Below are positions 47,342 to 60,046 of a DNA stretch of 64,000 nt, piece after piece. Location of the stretch: assembly GCA_010909165.1 (NCBI GenBank), contig MU008178.1:508369-572368 (forward strand). The letters are read 5' to 3'. The notes below the pieces were generated by a model. It did no database searches. It was not told where the DNA came from and worked only from the letters and a program-made list of their open reading frames with translations. The translations under genes and the position numbers were made by a program. Every line of letters starts with the position of its first letter. Positions within the stretch are counted from its first letter, which is position 1. The stretch is from Anthoceros angustus (Eukaryota > Plantae > Anthocerotophyta).

Positions 47342-48809
47342 ATGGACCCTCGACAACTGAAGAAGGACGCTAGGATCGTGAGCACGTTGTGGGATTTTAC
47401 GAATTTCGAGCCGGTGTATGGGCAAGCTCAGGGACAGCATCTGGACACGCCTTTGCCCTACGCTTTGTTGCCTTTCATCTTCTCACTCAAGGCAATCGAC
47501 TCAACGCACCTGCGGTTCCTGGCCACGGATTTCCACTCCAACACATGGCATGCTATAAGGACGGTGCAGCAGCTTGAAGAATTGGTGAGCCTCATCCTGA
47601 ATTCCTGAATTCCCGTATTCCCGTGTCTCTGGCGTTTGCTTCCTTCTGACGGGGCAATTCTGTCGCTCGTTGTGGTGGGATTCTGCAGAAAGCGGAGGTG
47701 GAGATGGCTGGCTCCATGCATGAATTTCTCGCTTATTTTCGAGAGGCATTTTCATCGGAGAACGTGAAGATTTCCCTTGGAGGAGCTTCCAGCGCAGTTG
47801 GTGGCCATGGTGCTTTCTCAACCACTCACTCGCAGTATAGGTGATTTTACGGGAGATGTTGACTCCACACGGTTGCAGTTGTGTTTGTGGGTGCAAATTC
47901 AGCCAAGGCTGTGGCACAGAAGACCAAAGCATCCATCAAGATATCTGTGCCACTCACCAAGTTCGGGGGCCCTTCAGCCAAGGATGCAATGGGGTTCATC
48001 GTCGAGGACCTCTACCAAGCTTTCCGGAGTCAATCACTTGCACTATCAGCAGGTCAGTAAATCCTGTCATCGGAACCAGTGTCTGTTGAAATTACCACTT
48101 CGCAAAACAAGGCTCTGCTTTTGACACACAATCCCTTGGCTGTGTTGTGTTAGTCAGAAAGGAAACGTGCAACGGCCTTGTCAACCGCCTTAGCACTCGA
48201 AAGAGTAAAGACTCGGTCTAGACCATCTTGCACTTCACCGCCTCCTACATTGTTCCTCTAGATTAATAAAACCCACCTTGACAAGATCATGGCTATGTCA
48301 TTTGTCATGCAGGAAAATGGTGAAAGCTTCCAGGAAGACTTTGAAACCACTTACACGAGCAAGCGAAGAAAGTTGTCCTCTTCTCAGTTTGCATCCACTT
48401 CCTCTCAAACCACCGTCCAGACAACCGCAGCTTCCGACCACAGTTTGTCTGTGAGCCCGCAAGCTCCTGCTGGTATATGCACTCCATATCTTGACCGTAC
48501 ATGGTGATGACTTAACCCAGTTTGTACTGAATGATTGTAGTTATTTCATTTCAGGGGAACGGGTGCCAGAAGAAGTCCCTACGACTCGGCACTATGTTCG
48601 TCTGTCTGCTTCGTCTCGAAAGTAAGCGGTTGTGTTTTCTGCTTTGCTCGACATGCCAGCCTGCTGGACTCTAGAGAAGAATTTCATGTCTTCCTCACAA
48701 GTCCACAACCCCTTGCGCTGTGACAGCTACTAATACTCCCTCTTTCTCTGTTATGAACAGAGCCAAGCAAAAAGAACGTGGGCAGGTTCCGGATGGAGGA
48801 AACGTGTAA
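47342..48809 (+). CDS. PAXX: Plant PAXX/XLF-like non-homologous end-joining factor (At5g64010-like)
   Basis: NFEPVYG..FLATDFHSNTW..QQLEEL / GSMHEFLAYF..SSENVKISL / AKAVAQKTKASIKISVPLTK..DLYQAF, coiled-coil, and a basic C-terminal tail (RKAKQKERGQVPD). Spliced model with GT-AG sites. Confidence 0.72.
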
Positions 48810-49113
48810 TCGTCTTCCAAATTGTTTGTACTTTGTAGTGTCACTCGAACTGATGGATGTCTCCTCCAATGGATGACGTGCATTAGGCAGTCGACTAGCT
48901 CTCTTTAAGGGTTAAGAAGCTTTAGGCATGGAGCATGGATTAGGGTGGTTGCTAAATCTGTTGAAAATTAAACAGAGCAACATCTATTTTTTATCAGAAG
49001 GATTGGTTATCAACTTATCTGATGTGGTTAACCCAGCCCGCCGAAAGAGTGAAGGGCGAGCCTCATCCACTTCTTCTGTGTCCAGCCTCCCGGCATTCGC
49101 AGCAGCAACAGCG

Positions 49114-49610
49114 ATGGCTATGGCGATGGCCCTAACATCGGCAATGGGCGCACTCTCCGTTTCAGCAAAGTCCGTGGCAGTGGCGCCGAGCAGCAGCCGG
49201 TGTGGTTTGCGTTCGTCCTTCACAGCCCCAGCTTCGGTCTCCTCCTTCTCCTCTTCCTCTTTCGCAGGTGCCTCCTCTTTTCCACCGTTTTCAGGCTCCT
49301 TTTGGCTTTGGTGATCCATGTGCCTTGCTGCTTGATGCACATTTGGTGGCTGCTACCAGGCCTCTCGCTCAGGCCATTCGTGTCGCAAAGGCTGGTGCTG
49401 CCTATCAGACGCTCCTTGGTGGTGCGGGCGAAGAGGCCCAGTTTGGGTTGCACCAAGCGGTCCCGCTCTCGCAAGTCCCGAGCTAGAGTTTCCGGATTCC
49501 GTGCCAGGATACAGACTCCCACTGGACGCAATGTACTGAGGCGCAGGCGTGCCAAGGGCCGCCATGTTTTGGTTCCTGCCTCCAACCCAAACAGTGGCAA
49601 GCTGGCTTAG
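49114..49610 (+). CDS. RPL34: Plastid 50S ribosomal protein L34, 2 exons (intron 49268-49359)
   Basis: Ser/Ala-rich transit peptide, then [42 protein letters not shown]. Confidence 0.92.
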
Positions 49611-49836
49611 TCGATGAGGTTTCCTGTTAGCTGTGTAGGCGTTCAATCCTCATACCCGTAGGGTGACTCCATCAGGTGCCTGTAACTGCTCGAATTCGAG
49701 CAACCCTGAAATGCTCAAGCTACTTGGTGAGATGTGTTTATTCACAGGTTTGTATATTTTGCGGCATGGCATGTGAAGTTAGTGAGCAGATTCTTCAGAC
49801 GCAGAGAGACTCGGAGACAGCCACACGGGTTCTGAA

Positions 49837-51000
49837 TCATGTCACTATGAGGGACTCTATTATCTGAAAGTGCTTCTGCAAACTTGGCTGGTCTTGAGGG
49901 AAGTACCATCTCTCTGAAACTTGCAATTTTCCATGGCCGTATTTATCTGCAGAATCCTTCAAGAGCGTGATGCACCGATCTTTTTCCATAGCAATCCATC
50001 GCCTCCTCTGATCCTTCCATGATCGTGGAGTCCCATGTAAGGTTATGTGCAGGCCCTTAGGCATGGTGCTTGCGGCCTTGGCTACTGTTTCCAGAACCTG
50101 AGCATCAGTCTGGTAAGCACCTCTGCAGTTGAGACCCACATCCACATAGTGCACCTCCTCGATGCTGTTGAGGAATTCCCCCACTGTTGAAGGCAGCAAC
50201 TGCTCCCCGGAATCGGATGTAAGCGAGGGACTGCTGGTCAGTTGTGAGGTGGGGGCATGGTCTCTTGCATAAGCGAGCTCTGCAAGCAGCTGGTTAAGAA
50301 CGACTCCACCCTTGCTGAATCCGAACAGGACAGTGCGAGGAGGCTTTCCCTCCTGTGTCACAGCTTGGGCATCCTCCGCAGTCGCAGACTGCTGTGCTGG
50401 CATTCCCCGGTTCAACTCTGCTTTAACCTGAAGCAAACAGCCGTAGGTTTTTTTTTGGTAAGCACAAGATGGTGGAGCCCGAGTGTATCGCAAGCGGTAC
50501 TGCAGCAAACACACACCTGTGCAAGACAATCCATCTGCAGAGAGAGCAGTCCGGTGGCTGCTGGAAACCCTTCAGGCCAGTAGCCGATGGGATCACCCGA
50601 CGCCGTCAAGGCCGGCATGAGGTTGTCATAACACCCAAAGACATTGCGAAAGTAGTGAGACGGCTCTACCACCCACGCATTCACCGTAGGACCCAGTTTG
50701 GAAACGAGAATGGCTGCGATGTTGTCAAGCTGAGACAGCCGATCGATTACGCCATCGCCAGTGTTTTCGACCTTGTCCCCCACGAGGAAGATGGCGTTGC
50801 TGGCAGGCACCTGCAGTTACCATCAGAGCTAAGTTATCTGCCTGGCCCAGTGGTGCACACGAAGCTTTAACCAAACGCCAGGGGCTTAGACAGCTGACAA
50901 GGAGAGAGGCCCTTGATGGTGCGCAGCAAAGCGAGGCCATGACTCTGCTGCGGCTGTTGTTGCAGTATGCGTGCAGCAAGCCCTTCCATCGCTCGCCCAT
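49837..51000 (-). CDS. UPF0565/C2orf69-like protein
   Basis: ASNAIFLVGD, NAWVVEPSHY..GCYDNL, TVLFGFSKGGVVLNQLLAE, HYVDVGLN, LHGTPRSW, SLQKHFQIIE; multi-exon. Confidence 0.85.
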
Positions 51001-51576
51001 GTTGTCGCTGTGTCGTGCTTGCGCCGTGTCACAACACTTACAAAAGCAAACAAACAGCATAAACCCTCGCTAATTTATGTTCAAGAGAGATTATTAACAA
51101 ACTTTCATTCTTCGGACATGCTTCTGACACTAACTTCCGCTCTACATCTCAGCAAGGCAACAAAACGACCAACAAACCCCAGTCTTCGATCCTCAAGCCG
51201 CTCCAGCCTTAGACATGCCATGCCCTTTTGTGTGGGAACGTGAGCATAGAAAGCCCTGATTAGGACTTGTTAGATACTTTTCCCTCCAAGTGGCATGGCT
51301 AATGCAATGTGTGACGTTGCGACGTACAGGAGTGCGGACAAAGGGGCAGGCTGCTGTGCATATGTTGCTCCGCCGTGATACTTGCATAGATTCAAGCCTA
51401 ACAAGCGCTTGCAACTGGGACCACTACGGGTTACAGTGTGTACAAAGACGGTGAGCAAATGCCGATTCTCCCAAGTTAGATCCGCCTTGAGGGAGGCGGA
51501 GACGGCTGAATGTATGAGATGCTCACGCACGTCAACTAAGATACCCAGACGCTGGAGGCGAGGGGAGTTGTGTCCA

Positions 51577-51700
51577 TGGCCACGTTGGCTACACCTAGAT
51601 GTCGTGAACCTACATGCCATGCATAGCAGGGCCTTCCTGTGCCCTAGCTCCCTCTCTCTTCGCCGTGAGAACCCGCGACCTGGCAACCGGGGCGACGGGG
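51577..51700 (-). repeat. ~120-bp diverged repeat, inverted partner of 53819-53931
   Basis: Collinear blocks GGCTAC.CCT, ATGTCG, ATGCCATGC, TCTCTCTT and AACCCGCGACC.GGCAACCGGGG (22/23 identical) match the reverse complement of 53819-53931. Confidence 0.75.
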
Positions 51701-51788
51701 AGCTAATTCAAGTTTTTATTTTTGTTTTTTATCTAATTAATTAATTGATTGGTTATCTACCAAGTTTCGCAGCCGAACTATAGCGTTG

Positions 51789-53420
51789 TTTTTTTTTTTC
51801 CATGCATAGTAAAAGCATGTAAGAGAAGTGAGGGGATAAGGGATGGAGAGGGGTGAAGGGAAGGAAGGAAGTAGGCTACACTAGTTTTCGTTGTCTCTTA
51901 CAACTATCTCCCTAACTTTCTAAACCCGAATCTCAAGCTCTCCTTAATCCCAAGCTCTCCTTCGAAATCGAAACATCAAAACACAAACGAAGTGAAAAAA
52001 AGAGAAACGTGGAGACTTTATAAAAAGAACGAGATGGGAAATCCCATCTACCCCGAGGCGAAAGGGGACAACCCACGACGGGGCACCAAGCCAAGGGGGG
52101 CGTGCCCTCGCACTAATCTACCCTGTAACCCCAAACCGCCCCCAAGATGTCGTCGTCCAAGATAGGGAAGGGCCTACTTACCATTGGTGCCGCCGATGCC
52201 GCATCTCCAGCACTCGTGATCGTCCTAAACATGGCGCTGGCCAACACCCTTTGAAGGGCAATGGAAACCCGTTGCCTGAAGTAAGGTAATTTTAAAGGTT
52301 TAGGGTTTTGCGGCAATTGATCTTCTAGGTTTAGGGTTTCACAAATTTAGAGTTGCATAGGTTTAGAGTTTTTACATTGCTACCCCTTCCTCCTCACGTT
52401 CGGCGGCTCTCTTTTGGGGGTCTTTCTGAAATTGTCTATGATCACCTCCGTGACTACTCCTCTCCTGAGGATTCTTCTAGTGGTTTTTCAGAGCTCCTTA
52501 TCTTGGTGGCGGCTGTGGCGCGGGATGAGTCCCGCCATCGGATTTCATGGGTGGTAGGGGCTAACAGGCTTTTGGCTATGAAGAAGCCCACACCGAGGGT
52601 GCGTCTTATCGCCGTGGGAGAGGTGTTCCTACGTCTTATTAGCCATAGCATTGCCTTCTAGCTCAGGGAGCAATTCCGGGCTCATCTTAGCTCGCATCAA
52701 TCGGGCATCGCCATCTCGGGGGGCTGCGAGACGGTGAGTTTTTGATCCGAGGCGGTTCTCTAGTTACATCCAGATTGGGTTGCCCTTCAAGTCGATGTTG
52801 AGAATGCTTTCAACACTGTATCCAGGGCAGCCATCTTCCAAGAACTTAAAACACGGGCGGGCAAATGGCAAGTCTTATTCCTTTTGTTCGCTCTTTCTGC
52901 GGCTCCCCGTCTAACCTGTATTATCAGCACGGCCCCTCAGTGGAGGGGATCTCCGTGCATGACTCCGCGATAGGAACCAAGCAGAGGCATCCCTTGGGGG
53001 GAGCTCTCTTTGTTATGGCGCATTTTAGGGCCCTGTCCATAACTGCCTCCTTAGTGTGGGAGTGCCTCTTTCCGTCGGTGGCCAACGACACCTACATCCT
53101 TGGGCCGGTGGACAAAGTCAAAGATGCTTTCGACCTCTTCTCCTTGGACGTGGTTATCTCTGACCCAACCAGAGATTCTGTTAGCGACCATGTCATCATC
53201 AACCCTCCAAGTTGGGTGGCGGAAGGGAGTGCGACTAAGAAAATTTACAAGTACAGGCCCATGCAACAAGGTCACATTTTGATCCCCCATTTTGATCCCC
53301 CTTGCCATTGAAACCCATGGGCCCTTGGGTAAGGTTTTTTCTCGTTTTATCAAAGAGTGCGCAACGGCCTACCACAACAACAGGGGCAGGGTTAGCCTCC
53401 CCCTTTTCGAACCTGGCTCA
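51789..53420. mobile_element. CRE/NeSL-type RLE non-LTR retrotransposon remnant with internal inversion
   Basis: Plus strand: RT (RLIAVGEVFLRL, QVDVENAFNTVSR, HPLGG, VANDTYILG), then RLE region (DVVISDP..K.YKY..PLAIETHGPLG). Minus strand: the terminal YFRQRVSIALQR ORF end (52285-52113), 3' UTR and an A11 tail (T11 at 51789-51799). Confidence 0.8.
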
Positions 53421-53818
53421 CCGCCAACCACGCTGCCATGACCCTCTTGACCCTGATATTGCGCCATCCCTAATAATGCAGCATGGAAGACATGATGATG
53501 AAGATGAGAAAAAATAGAGCATACGAAATGGAAAGAGCATGGTCACCAAGCGTTACCAAACTTTTAAACTTCCACTCAATCTTTTTATCCACATGCACCC
53601 ATATTCTACAATCGAAACATCATCTCATGGACAGCGTCACTCGCCTGTGTGTGTGACCCGCCGCACCCTCGAGGGCGGCGCCTGCCGCTGGCGCCTCAGG
53701 GCGGCGTGTGGAGCAGCCCATGGACATGCTTTTGAAAGTAGTTTTGCGCTCCTGTGAAAGGAAGGACGAGAGTATTCGCCGGAGCGAGTGCCGTTACAAT
53801 CCGAAACCTGGATTACTT

Positions 53819-53931
53819 TCCCGCCGTCCCCGGTTGCCCGGTCGCGGGTTTCACACCACAAAGAGAGATGGCACGAGCATGGCATATAGGCGAAGCGACA
53901 TTTAGAAATTCAGGCGTAGCCGGGCCGGCCA
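53819..53931 (+). repeat. ~115-bp diverged repeat, inverted partner of 51577-51700
   Basis: See alignment evidence for 51577-51700. Confidence 0.75.
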
Positions 53932-54474
53932 CGTTTACCATGGTATGAGTGAAGTTCCGCAAATAAAACGACTGTTCCAGATTTTTTGCGACTCTGACTT
54001 TGTACAATTGTGCATCCCCGAGAGCGCATTTGCAGGCAGAGAATCCAACACTAGAGGTAACGCGCGCATCAGCTCCAGGCCCGGTTTGTCGCCTTGAGGC
54101 CTCCCAGAAATTACCGACAGGATGCGCTTTGACATCTGGAAGGGGCCCGGGGCGTAGGAAGAAGAAGACTGCAGCCACAGATTCTTGCATAACAGTGGGG
54201 GCTGGGTACAACGAGACCGACACGATTTCCGCTACTGGCATCTTCTTCTCCCAACTTGTGGCTTCGCTGCATGACTGTAGCTGCACCGCAGCTACATATA
54301 AGCCAAAAACCCAGCAGCCGCGATCCAGCCTGTCTGTCCTGATGAATGAGCCCTGGCTCGGAGCTTGAGGAGAGGTGGCGAGGAAGAAGCGGGACGCATG
54401 AAAATCTGAGCCCTGCCGCAGCACTTGGCTGCTGCGTATGCTGAATCTCATCTCATCGACAGCTTGCTGCAGCC

Positions 54475-54864
54475 ATGGAGGTGTCGCCCAGAACGCTGCT
54501 GCGTGGACCCGGAGGGCTGGTGCCTTCCATGTCACCACGCTCCAGCAGCGGCAGCAGCGCGTCCTCGAGCCCCTGCAGCTCGTCCGGGAGCCCACGGGTG
54601 GGATGTGCCGACGGGCTGGCCATGGGCTTCTCCGGGAACGGGATCGTGTCGAGCGAGTCGCCCCGTAGCATACTCACGCAGAGGACGAGCCCGGGCGCGG
54701 GGGAGGGCTGCGGACCCGATCCTTGGTCTCCCGCCTTGGTGAAGGCCATCTCGGCCCCTCCCTCTCGCCCTCGCAACTCCAACCCCCGTCTGAATTTGCC
54801 CGCGCCCACCAAACCGGCGCCTGCGATCACAGTCGCTCCTCCTGCTACTGCTCCTGCTCCTGCA

Positions 54865-54909
<45 letters not shown>

Positions 54910-57900
54910 CCTCGGCGCAGAGAGGATGAACGAGTGCTGGACCCGGCGCAAGGTAATCGCTGTTTCTGAAGAAAGGTTGAAGCTTGCGAGCATTGATCAC
55001 GACCCCATGACGGTCCGATGTACGTCTACCCTGAAGCTCATGACGTGCAGTGTCGATTTGTCGGTTGCCTTCAGAATCAGAGCCCCAGGAGCGCAGGGCG
55101 GACATCGATAAGATGCCGGGGGAGTCGAGCGCTTTCTGGGATTACCAGTTCCTGTTCAAGTCGCAGCGGCAGGAGGTGCCGACGCCTATCCGGCTGGCGC
55201 TGGTGCAGGGGAGCCTCCCGCAGGATCTGGCGGGGGATTATTATTTGTGCGGCCCTGGAATTTTTACCGACGACCACGGTTCCTGCATCCACCCGCTCGA
55301 CGGCCACGGCTACCTTAGGAAATTCAGCTTCCGAGATAGGGCAGCTGAGTATTCGGCCAGGTTGGCGCTTCAACCAGTTCCGATCCATTTGCCCCTCTTC
55401 GCCAGTGTCCAGATGCTGCTGCAGATGATCCTCAGCCACATCATGAGGAGTGCTGTGGGCTGATGGTGGTGGAGCTGTGGCCATGGCAGGTACATCGACA
55501 CGGAGGCTAAAATGTCGGAATACGACACATGTAGCGATGAGTGGAAGTTCGTCTACAGAGGGCCCTTCTCCGTGCTCAAGGGAGGATCGCGTTTGGGGAA
55601 CACCAAGGTGATGAAGAACACGGCCAACACCAGCGTGCTCAAGTGGGGAGGCAAGCTCATGTGCTTCTGGGAAGGCGGCGAGCCTTACGAAGTGCATCCC
55701 ACCTCCTTGGACACCGTCGGCTTGTTCAGGTAACACAACATTTGCGTACATCCAGCACGTGACACAGACCGGGTTAGCACCTATGTTGTTGCTCACCATG
55801 GGCCTGCAATCCTGGCAGCATCACTTCCAACTTTGGGAACAAAATTGTCACCTCCAAATCTGCCCACCACTCTGTGAACTCTGAGGAATCGGACCACCCC
55901 GTGGAAAGACTGAAGCGGGTTGCGGGAGAAGTGCAACGGCTTTGGAACAATTCCATGACTCCTCAGCAGATCGCCGTTGCCCTCCACATCGCCGGAGTTT
56001 CTTTCACAGCCAAAATGTTGCAGCCCATACTGAACGGTAGGGGCAAGGGCGTCCACCAGCTTCACTGTCACCAGTGCCACATCCGTTTTTTGTCCTCACG
56101 GGTGCATCCACTTAGAGTCTTGTGCGCCATCCAGCGTCCATTTTCGTCCGCATCCACCTCGAGTTTCTGCCCTGGCGTGCACCCATCTTACCCGTTCACA
56201 GCTGTATGTAGCAGTGCTTGACAATTACCACGGCCGCCGCTTGCAGGGATGTATGCCATGCCTGTGGAGAGGACCCTGGCTCATGTCAAGGTGGACACCA
56301 AGAAACAACGCCTTATTCTCATCACCTGCCGGGCAGAAGACATGATTCTGCCCATCAGCACCTTCACCATTTACGGTAAACATTTGCTGGGAGTCCTCGC
56401 TCCTTGTGCTAATGATCACCTCGGTTTTTGCTGTCATATGGTGATCAATCACTGATCAGTGGTGTGGCCTGCTGTATCCCATGACTGCAGAGTTCAACAC
56501 CGAACTGGAATTGCAGCAGAGAAAGGAGTTCGTGTTGCCGGAACAGCTCATGATCCACGATTGGGGCCTCACAGACAACTACTACATCCTTGTTGCAAAT
56601 CGGGTCCGGATGTCTCCAGCTGGTAAGAGCAACCCCACCGGCCCGATCCAAGTTACAGTCACAGCATGCACATTGGACATCATGTGCTGACGTGATGGTC
56701 GTCTGCATCCAGGCTCTGTGGGTGCACTGCTGGGAGTTTCCCCCATGATCGCCGCCCTCAGCATGGACGACTCTCTGCCTCACACTCCCATGTTCCTACT
56801 GCCGAGGGCGGATGAAGCCAAGGACAGCAGCAAAGCATCTCGGGACTGGAGCGTCCCCATCAAAATCCCGAAGCAGTACTGGCTGCTGCATACAGCAAAC
56901 AGCTACGAGGAAGTGGACGAACAAGGCAACCTCCGTGTTGTCTTGGACGGCTCCGTCTGCTCCTACAAGTGGTTCTCCTTGAACCACATGTTCGGTGAGT
57001 CTCTCAATCTTGAGCAGCCGCACACTTTGCTTTGTGATCAATCACCAATGTTTCAAAATTCTCGACTCTCATACATGTGTCTTGCGCTGTGCCCGCAGGC
57101 TACAACTGGCAAAATCGGCGGCTGGACCCTGCCATGATGAACGGCACCACGCAAGGTGAAATTGCACCAGCCCACATGTGCCGGATCTCGGTGGCTGTCC
57201 ATTCATCCGCCGTAGCCTCGAACACATCTGCAGAAAGACAGCAGCACAGAGTTCCTGCCAGTCCTGCCTACTTCCCCCGCTACCCTCTTTCCCCCAGCCT
57301 CAAAGGCCACACACAAGAACGCTTCCAACCTGCTGTCAGCTTCTCCTTCGCCAATCTGACTCCCATCCCCGAGCACCCAAAGCCCGACAGATTACCATTG
57401 TTCCTCAAACCCGCTCCTGCCCCACGCAAACCAGTAGAGCTGCAAAACTTCACAATAAGCCCCCTCCCCTCCTGCGACTTCCCGACCATCAACCCCCACG
57501 TCGCCGGCCACAAGCACAAGTTCGTCTATGTGGCGGCATCCTCAGGCCACCGCTCGGAGCTGCGCAACTTCCCCTTCGACTCCATCCTCAAGCTGGACGG
57601 GCCGGACGGGAAGATGGTGTCCTGGTGGGCAGGAGACCGCACCTTCGTGGGTGAGCCGGTGTTCGTGCCCAGGCAAGGCTGCGTCACGGATCCCACCAAC
57701 CCCTACTTCAAGGAAGACGATGGCTATCTCCTATTGGTCCAGGTGCGAGCCATCACACAGCTGCCCATTCCTCCAGTAAGCTCAGCCATGGCCTCTCACT
57801 AACTGCTCTCGGCTTGCATGCTTGCAGTACGCAGCAGGTGAAAAGACATGCTACCTGGTCATCCTGGATGCCCAGCGGATAGGCAAGAGAGACCCCATCG

Positions 57901-57971
57901 TTGCTCGACTTCGAGTCCCCAAAGCCTACGCCTTCCCTATGGGGTTCCATGGTTTCTGGGAGGACGCATAA
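54475..57971 (+). CDS. CCD7: Carotenoid cleavage dioxygenase 7 (MAX3/D17-like, strigolactone pathway)
   Basis: SAFWDYQFLFKSQR, YYLCGPGIFTDDHGS.IHPLDGHGYLR, KVMKNTANTSVLKWGG, WEGGEPY, LMIHDW..TDNYYIL, WLLHTAN, FPTIN, GEPVFVP, EDDGYLL, FPMGFHGFW. Multi-exon; exon 1 is a transit-like region with a (PA)n tract. Confidence 0.93.
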
Positions 57972-58298
57972 TCAAACAGGTGCATCCCAGGAAGCCCTTG
58001 ATCATCAAATAGAAGCATTTGGCATGTAGATACAAACTGTGAACAGCAACATGTTCCTTTTTGTCGCTGATCTCGCACACCACTGTTTCCATGTACATAT
58101 TAGGTACATCCTCTTGGGCACCGATTCTTGCTCGCGAGACGATACACATGCAAGCTTTTGTTGGTTTTGCAGTGGACGGTTTGTACTGCACAAGAAGCCA
58201 ATGTGCACATGCCAGCTTGTCAAGTTGGTGGTATTGACAGGTCATGTCGAATATCTAGTATCGCAAGTGATACATTTATGTAACCAAAAACAGTATGA

Positions 58299-59599
<1,301 letters not shown>

Positions 59600-59935
59600 G
59601 TGACTGAGGAGGACTTGAGCATGCGGCAAGTGCTTAATGTCCATGTCGGATTATGAACGGAGTTTACTTGAGAAGGCTTGGCCTGCAAGCTCACGGTTCT
59701 TTTGCCTGGTTTCGTTGCTCGGGTGTTTTTTCTAGGGATAGCTGAAGCAGACTTTCACCTAGCTTTGCTAGTCCTGTGTTTGGGGTCTCTATGGAGGGGG
59801 CGTTTGGACAATATTTATGGCTCATCCTCAGTTGTGCTGGAATTTGATTTGCTAGTTTGTGACTGGCTTGTGATATTTTCTCTGCACCTGCATATCTCCG
59901 TGGTTCACGTTTATCTGCTGTCACTAATCAAAATC

Positions 59936-60046
59936 GGCACCAGGGGTGCTTGTTCTGGTTCAGCACTACTCTAGTGCTGTGCTAAGATCAGGCTGAGAGA
60001 GTCCCTTCGTACCTGAACAGGTTAATACCTGCGTAGGGAGCGTGCC
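59936..60046 (+). promoter_or_regulatory. TPP (thiamine pyrophosphate) riboswitch aptamer in the THI1 3' UTR
   Basis: GGCAC-CAGGGGTGC..[P3]..GCTGAGAGAGTCCCTTCGTACCTGAACAGGTTAATACCTGCGTAGGGAGC-GTGCC. P1 GGCAC/GTGCC, P2 AGGGG/TCCCT, conserved UGAGA (59994-98), P5 CAGGT/ACCTG with a TAAT loop, and a P3 hairpin CAGCACTA/TAGTGCTG. Matches the plant THIC-type consensus. Confidence 0.96.

Noticed and set aside
48984-49340. Acidic minus-strand ORF
   Set aside because: Antisense of the Ser-rich RPL34 transit peptide.
53813-54595. 260-aa minus-strand ORF opposite the CCD7 5' end
   Set aside because: Non-informative composition, overlaps CCD7 exon 1 and promoter, and no motif recognised.
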